A DNA stretch of 63,949 bases, the filler included, from Candidatus Woesearchaeota archaeon (GTDB taxonomy: Archaea > Nanobdellota > Nanobdellia > Woesearchaeales > WJIZ01): the NCBI GenBank assembly GCA_018221205.1. It is 8 parts of 8 records of this genome, joined end to end, with 100 filler letters (N's around TTAATTAATTAA, not from the genome) between each part and the next. Parts side by side here need not be neighbours in the genome. Positions count along the whole stretch, not along the records: positions 54,738 to 63,949 come from JAAOYF010000063.1; 7 more parts are not named here. One strand, 5' to 3'. Positions 59,471-63,949 of the stretch are shown piece after piece. The notes under the pieces were generated by a model. That model saw only the letters and a program-made list of their open reading frames with translations. It ran no database searches and was not told the DNA's origin. Position 1 is the stretch's first letter. Every line of letters starts with the position of its first letter. The position numbers and the translations under genes are program-made.

Positions 59471-60250
59471 ATGGAGATCCTCCCTTTGCTCTGGTCATTC
59501 GGCTTTGGCTCAATCATTGGAATAGTGGCTATCCTCTATGTGCTTTCAGGCCTGAAAGTCGTGAATGAGTATGAACGAGGAGTCAGATTCACTTTAGGAA
59601 AATTCACCAGCATGATGAAACCTGGCCTGAAGATCGTCTTTCCGATCATCCAGAGCTGGGAACGGATCGATATCAGAGTAAAAGCGATCGATGTGCCGGA
59701 TCAAGAGACCATAACAAAAGACAATGTCTCTGTCAGGATCAATGCTGTATTATATTATAAGGTGACAGACGCTAAACTGGCTGTTTTGGTCGTCCGTGAT
59801 TTTATGTTCGCTACCAGCCAAATTGCCCAGACCACGATGAGAGATGTCGTAGGTATGGAAAGTTTAGATAGTGTCCTCTCTAGCAGGGAAGACATATCAA
59901 AGAGAATTCAGGGAGTAGTAGATAAAGCGACAGACCCATGGGGCATCAAGATTGAAGCAGTTGAGCTAAAACATATCGAAGTGCCTCAAGAGATGAAACG
60001 AGTCATGGCTAGGCAGGCTGAAGCTGAACGAGAGAAACGAGCAGTCATCATCAAATCAGAAGGAGAGGTCACTGCTGCTTCGAATCTATCTGATGCTGCT
60101 AAAAATCTGGTCAAATTTCCGGGTGCACTGCATCTTCGGACTTTGCAGAGCATCAATGATCTGAGTTCTGATAAAAGCAATACTATCGTGTATGCTCTTC
60201 CTAAAGAGCTGCTTTCTACCCTGAAAAAGATGAGCGGCGGCAAGATTTAG
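59471..60250 (+). CDS. SPFH/stomatin family protein, tandem paralogue
   Basis: TKDNVSVRINAV and QAEAEREKRA motifs. Confidence 0.93.
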   Translation: MEILPLLWSFGFGSIIGIVAILYVLSGLKVVNEYERGVRFTLGKFTSMMKPGLKIVFPIIQSWERIDIRVKAIDVPDQETITKDNVSVRINAVLYYKVTDAKLAVLVVRDFMFATSQIAQTTMRDVVGMESLDSVLSSREDISKRIQGVVDKATDPWGIKIEAVELKHIEVPQEMKRVMARQAEAEREKRAVIIKSEGEVTAASNLSDAAKNLVKFPGALHLRTLQSINDLSSDKSNTIVYALPKELLSTLKKMSGGKI

Positions 60251-60285
60251 TAATCTTTATATTTAGTATTCTTTTAAGTTTGATT

Positions 60286-60636
60286 ATGATCACTTCAGAC
60301 GATTTTAAATGCACGTTTTGCGGGAAATGCTGCATTGAACTGACAGTGAAGATCTCTGATGAGGATATCAAGAGAATAAAGAAAGCCGGCCATAAGAGAA
60401 AGGATTTTGCTGTCAAGGATATGTTTGACTTGCGCACTGGCAAATATGCTTTGAAGAAACAAGAAAATGAATGGTGCGTGTTCTTGAGAAAAGAAGGGGA
60501 GAAATACCTTTGTTCAATCCACGAGCATCGTCCTGAAACTTGCAGAAAGTATCCTTTTTTTGATGACACACCATTGAAAAGCTGCCTGCCTGAAGATGTA
60601 CTGCATTGGCCTGCGTATTGGAGAAAAAATAAGTAA
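60286..60636 (+). CDS. YkgJ-family cysteine cluster protein
   Basis: CTFCGKCC, CVFL and CSIHEHRPETCRKYPF motifs. Confidence 0.9.
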   Translation: MITSDDFKCTFCGKCCIELTVKISDEDIKRIKKAGHKRKDFAVKDMFDLRTGKYALKKQENEWCVFLRKEGEKYLCSIHEHRPETCRKYPFFDDTPLKSCLPEDVLHWPAYWRKNK

Positions 60637-60690
60637 GCTTTTTAAATGCCCTATTGTTTCTAGAGAGCTATATATAAGGAGGTTTTTACG

Positions 60691-61254
60691 ATGGCAGATT
60701 TCAAATTATGCATCGCTGATTCAAAATCAGGAAAGACATATCAAAAGGAAGTAAAGGGAGATGAAGCAGCTGAATTCATGGGAAAGAATATCGGCCATTC
60801 ATTCAAAGGAGAGCTTATCGGAGCCACTGGAACAGAATTCCAGATAACAGGCGGCAGTGATAAATGCGGCTTTCCTATGCGGAGCGGCATCAAAGGCAGA
60901 CGAAAGAGACTGAACTTGCTCGGCGGAGTCGGCTTGAGGAAGAATTTATCTAAAGGAGTCAAGAAAAGAAAGACTGTCTGCGGCCACAAGATCAATGAGA
61001 CGATCTCTCAGATCAACATCAAGGTCACTAAAGAAGGCTCTAAGAAATTAGACGATATTTTCGGCGCTGGCAAGGGTGAAGCACCTAAAGAAGAAAAGAA
61101 GGAAGCTCCAGCAGAGAAGGCTAAGAAAGAAGAACCAAAAGAAGCTCCAAAAGCAGAAGAGAAGCCTAAGGAAGAACCGAAGGCTGAAGTGAAGTCACCA
61201 AAAGAAGCTCCAAAGGAAGAAAAGCCTGAAGAGCCGAAGGAAGATGCTAAATAA
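60691..61254 (+). CDS. rps6e: 30S ribosomal protein S6e with a K/E/P-rich tail
   Basis: ITGGSDKCGFPMR and KRKTVCG motifs. Confidence 0.95.
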   Translation: MADFKLCIADSKSGKTYQKEVKGDEAAEFMGKNIGHSFKGELIGATGTEFQITGGSDKCGFPMRSGIKGRRKRLNLLGGVGLRKNLSKGVKKRKTVCGHKINETISQINIKVTKEGSKKLDDIFGAGKGEAPKEEKKEAPAEKAKKEEPKEAPKAEEKPKEEPKAEVKSPKEAPKEEKPEEPKEDAK

Positions 61255-62465
61255 TGGGAGCAAAGAAGAAAAAAGCAAAGGAAGTCCAATCTGAAGTAAA
61301 TATAGGGTTGATCGGACATGTCGATCACGGCAAGACTACTCTTCTAGAGCGATTATCAGGCAAATGGGCTGATACACATTCTGAAGAGATCAAAAGAGGC
61401 ATCACTATCAGATTAGGTTATGCAAATTCTTCATTCTATAAATCCAAAGAAGGCTACAATGTAAAGGACGGAGACTTTCTCAGAACGGTCAGTTTCGTCG
61501 ATGCACCAGGCCATGAATCGTTGATGGCTACGATGTTAGCAGGCGCAACCATAATGGATGGCGCTTTATTATTGGTCGCAGCCAATGAGCGATGTCCACA
61601 GCCGCAGACCAGAGAGCATCTGATGGCACTGCAGATCATCGGCATCAAGAAGGTTGTTGTGGTGCAGAATAAAGTTGATTTAGTCTCTGAAGAAGAGGCA
61701 CTAAAAAATCATAAGCAGATCAAGGAATTCCTGAAAGATTCTCCATATAAAAACGCACCTATCATCCCTATTTCAGCACAGCATAATGTAGGCATATCGG
61801 CATTGATTGAGGCTATTGAAGAACAGATCCCTACTCCGAAGAGAGATGCTTCTGTACAGCCACGGTTCTTTGTAGCGAGAAGCTTTGACATCAACAAGCC
61901 AGGATCCAAATCAAAGGATATTGTAGGAGGAGTCTTAGGGGGGGCTTTAGTCCAGGGTGAACTGAAAGAAGGGATGGAGATCGAGATATTGCCCGGTTAT
62001 GAAGTCCTGGAGAAAAACAGGAAGATATTCAAGCCTGTAACCACCACTATAACTGGTCTGCGAAGCGGCCAGATGAAAGTTGAACATGCGCAGCCAGGGG
62101 GCTCAATAGGGATAATGACAAATCTAGACCCGGCTGTTGTCAAATCTGACAAACTTTCTGGCAGTATTGTCGGCCTTATCGGTACGCTTCCAGAAGTGCA
62201 TTATTCATTGAAATTAAAAGTGCATCTGCTCAAGCGGGTTGTCGGAGTGGAGAAAGATACCATTGTCGAACCCATCAAAAAGACCGAGGCATTGATGCTG
62301 AATGTCAATTCTGCCTCTACTGTCGGCATTGTTACAGAACTCAAGAAAGATAGTTTTCTTTGCAATCTTAAATTACCAGTCTGCGCAGATGATGGTGCAC
62401 GGGTCACCATCTCTCGGATGATCGGCAACCGTTTTAGGTTGATCGGCTACGGCATTATCGAATGA
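61254..62465 (+). CDS. eif2g: Translation initiation factor aIF2 gamma
   Basis: GHVDHGKTT, RGITIRLGY, DAPGHE and RSFDINKPG motifs. Confidence 0.96.
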   Translation: MGAKKKKAKEVQSEVNIGLIGHVDHGKTTLLERLSGKWADTHSEEIKRGITIRLGYANSSFYKSKEGYNVKDGDFLRTVSFVDAPGHESLMATMLAGATIMDGALLLVAANERCPQPQTREHLMALQIIGIKKVVVVQNKVDLVSEEEALKNHKQIKEFLKDSPYKNAPIIPISAQHNVGISALIEAIEEQIPTPKRDASVQPRFFVARSFDINKPGSKSKDIVGGVLGGALVQGELKEGMEIEILPGYEVLEKNRKIFKPVTTTITGLRSGQMKVEHAQPGGSIGIMTNLDPAVVKSDKLSGSIVGLIGTLPEVHYSLKLKVHLLKRVVGVEKDTIVEPIKKTEALMLNVNSASTVGIVTELKKDSFLCNLKLPVCADDGARVTISRMIGNRFRLIGYGIIE

Positions 62466-62481
62466 TCATCTCAATGGACTA

Positions 62482-62589
62482 TTAGAACTTAGACCGTATA
62501 TCAATAAAACTAAAGCCTTTCCATTCATCCTCTTCTTCTTTCTGCTGTTCTGCTTTCTTTCTCATCTTATATCGGTGTATGCGCATCAT
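62482..62589 (-). CDS. Possible microprotein, 35 aa
   Basis: MMRIHRYKMRKKAEQQKEEEDEWKGFSFIDIRSKF; ATGA overlap with the upstream ORF. Confidence 0.4.
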   Translation of the reverse strand: MMRIHRYKMRKKAEQQKEEEDEWKGFSFIDIRSKF

Positions 62590-62702
62590 ACAGCTTCACC
62601 ATACCCCCGCATAAATGCTTCCTCAAAGGCATCTATCTCATCGTTGTCAGACAGATCCTCAAGGTACGCATCATTGTATATATCTTCTACTTTCATGTGC
62701 AT
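62586..62702 (-). CDS. Small acidic protein, 36-38 aa
   Basis: (MH)MKVEDIYNDAYLEDLSDNDEIDAFEEAFMRGYGEAV; TATA box upstream. Confidence 0.6.
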   Translation of the reverse strand: MHMKVEDIYNDAYLEDLSDNDEIDAFEEAFMRGYGEAV

Positions 62703-62824
62703 CCCCAGATTATGGGAGAATTAGAAAGTTTATATAATCGATTCTTAAATATTATAAATATTATAAAAGAAAGAAAGGTTTATAAATCTGTATATATCAC
62801 CTTAGATATAGGGGGTTATATATA

Positions 62825-63739
62825 ATGAGAAGAAAAGTCATACAGATTGCGAATTCTACTCAATTAGTCAGCTTGCCTCGAAAATGGGCAGTGAAGCACG
62901 GCATCAAGAAGGGAGATGAACTTGAGATTGTTGAACATCAGAATTTCTTAGAGATCAAGGCTGGAGATGGAAGTGTTGTCGACAGAGTCGAGGTTGATTT
63001 TGATAAGTTCAGTCCTCTTACGGCAAAATGTGCGTTGGATGTCCTTCATAAGTGTGGTTATGAGGAAATCGAGATCAATTACACTGATAAAGTCGTTTTT
63101 CAGGCGATTCAAGACAGGCTTCTTCAGCTTATCGGATGTGATGTGGTCGAGCAGACTGATAAAAAAGTCGTCATCAAAGACATCACCAAAGGCTCATTAG
63201 AAACTGAGTTTGATTCTCTGCTGAAGCGCGTGTTCACTATCACGTTATCCATGGCCAGGAATGGCCTGAATTCTCTGCAATCTGGCAATTATAAGGAACT
63301 GAGCGAGTTTGCATTGATGGAGGCGACAAACAATAAACTTGTCAACTACTGCCACCGTATTCTTTCTAAGAAAGGCTACAAAGATGATAGGAAAGCCTAT
63401 CTTTACTATGTTGTCTTGTGGTATTTTGAGAGCTTTGCTGATGATTTTAGGGATCTATTCCTCAATATCTCCTCTAAGAAGAATCCTAAAGTGAGCAAAG
63501 AGTTTATTGATTTGTACAAGCAGGTCTTCAACTATTTTGAGATGTTCCATGAGGTGTTCTTCAAATATGATAAGATGAAATTGGATACACTCTATGGCAA
63601 CAGGAGCAAACTTATCAAGCGAGGAGAGCAATTATGCCGGACGCGAACAGACGATCCTGAGATTCTGCGGCTGTTACTGGCCATCCCACATAATCTGTTT
63701 GATATCCTGCCTACGATCAGCAGCATTTCAGCGTTGTAA
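62825..63739 (+). CDS. Archaeal phosphate-uptake regulator (AbrB plus PhoU-like)
   Basis: RRKVIQI..VSLPRKW..GIKKGDEL; helical PhoU-like C-terminus (ESFAD). Confidence 0.88.
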   Translation: MRRKVIQIANSTQLVSLPRKWAVKHGIKKGDELEIVEHQNFLEIKAGDGSVVDRVEVDFDKFSPLTAKCALDVLHKCGYEEIEINYTDKVVFQAIQDRLLQLIGCDVVEQTDKKVVIKDITKGSLETEFDSLLKRVFTITLSMARNGLNSLQSGNYKELSEFALMEATNNKLVNYCHRILSKKGYKDDRKAYLYYVVLWYFESFADDFRDLFLNISSKKNPKVSKEFIDLYKQVFNYFEMFHEVFFKYDKMKLDTLYGNRSKLIKRGEQLCRTRTDDPEILRLLLAIPHNLFDILPTISSISAL

Positions 63740-63878
63740 CTGCTTATTTTATAAATTCTTTTTTATTCTCGATAGTTATGGAGATACTCGATGGCGACCA
63801 ATTAACTGAGATTTTGGCGAGATCCTTTGCTAGCAGACATACTCCGCGTGCTTTTGCCATTCCCGCATATGACCTCCT

Positions 63879-63898
63879 CCCCGACTTGAAAGTCGGGG
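63879..63898. mobile_element. IS200/IS605-like terminal hairpin remnant
   Basis: CCCCGACTT-GA-AAGTCGGGG in a CCTCCT...TATCC context; no transposase visible. Confidence 0.5.
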
Positions 63899-63949
63899 TA
63901 TCCGCTTAAGCTTCTGCGTGGTGTTGTTCTTGATTTACTATGTACTTGA

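Noticed and set aside
61075..61250. Short imperfect repeats (GAAGCTCCA, CCTAAAGAAG) as a possible array
   Set aside because: They encode the low-complexity K/E/P tail of Rps6e.
1..63949. CRISPR array, rRNA, reverse transcriptase/DGR, integrase or provirus
   Set aside because: No repeat-spacer periodicity, rRNA-like segment or corresponding protein motifs were seen by eye.

Overview
Eight contigs joined by seven artificial 100-nt N spacers, each containing TTAATTAATTAA, so neighbours across spacers are not proven. Rps6e, aIF2-gamma, aIF5B, Dph6, a TrmB regulator, archaeal-type ProRS, TATA/BRE promoters and an intron-containing tRNA show the source is an archaeon. The gene content suggests DPANN, probably Woesearchaeota (inference). 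Most genes are housekeeping, surface or glycosylation genes. The most notable observations are: (1) a free-standing HTH plus double-LAGLIDADG endonuclease gene inserted in the 5' end of a bacterial-type metK. It leaves the old start (MAKITYFTSE) as a 20-codon stub and supplies a recoded replacement start with its own Shine-Dalgarno site ([10 protein letters not shown]). (2) A second LAGLIDADG gene whose stop codon lies inside a tRNA(CAU) carrying two introns (30/31 and 37/38). (3) A hairpin-rich TTAA-flanked repeat at two contig ends, one copy cutting the N-terminus of a class II aldolase. (4) A long structured leader with upstream ORFs before a SpeD-like/agmatinase operon. (5) Scattered divergent bacterial-type sugar and signalling genes: a tandem-HPr protein, GlgC, and a 1061-aa pseudo-receiver/APH-kinase protein next to a HAD phosphatase. 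All calls come from motif recognition by eye; no searches were run.
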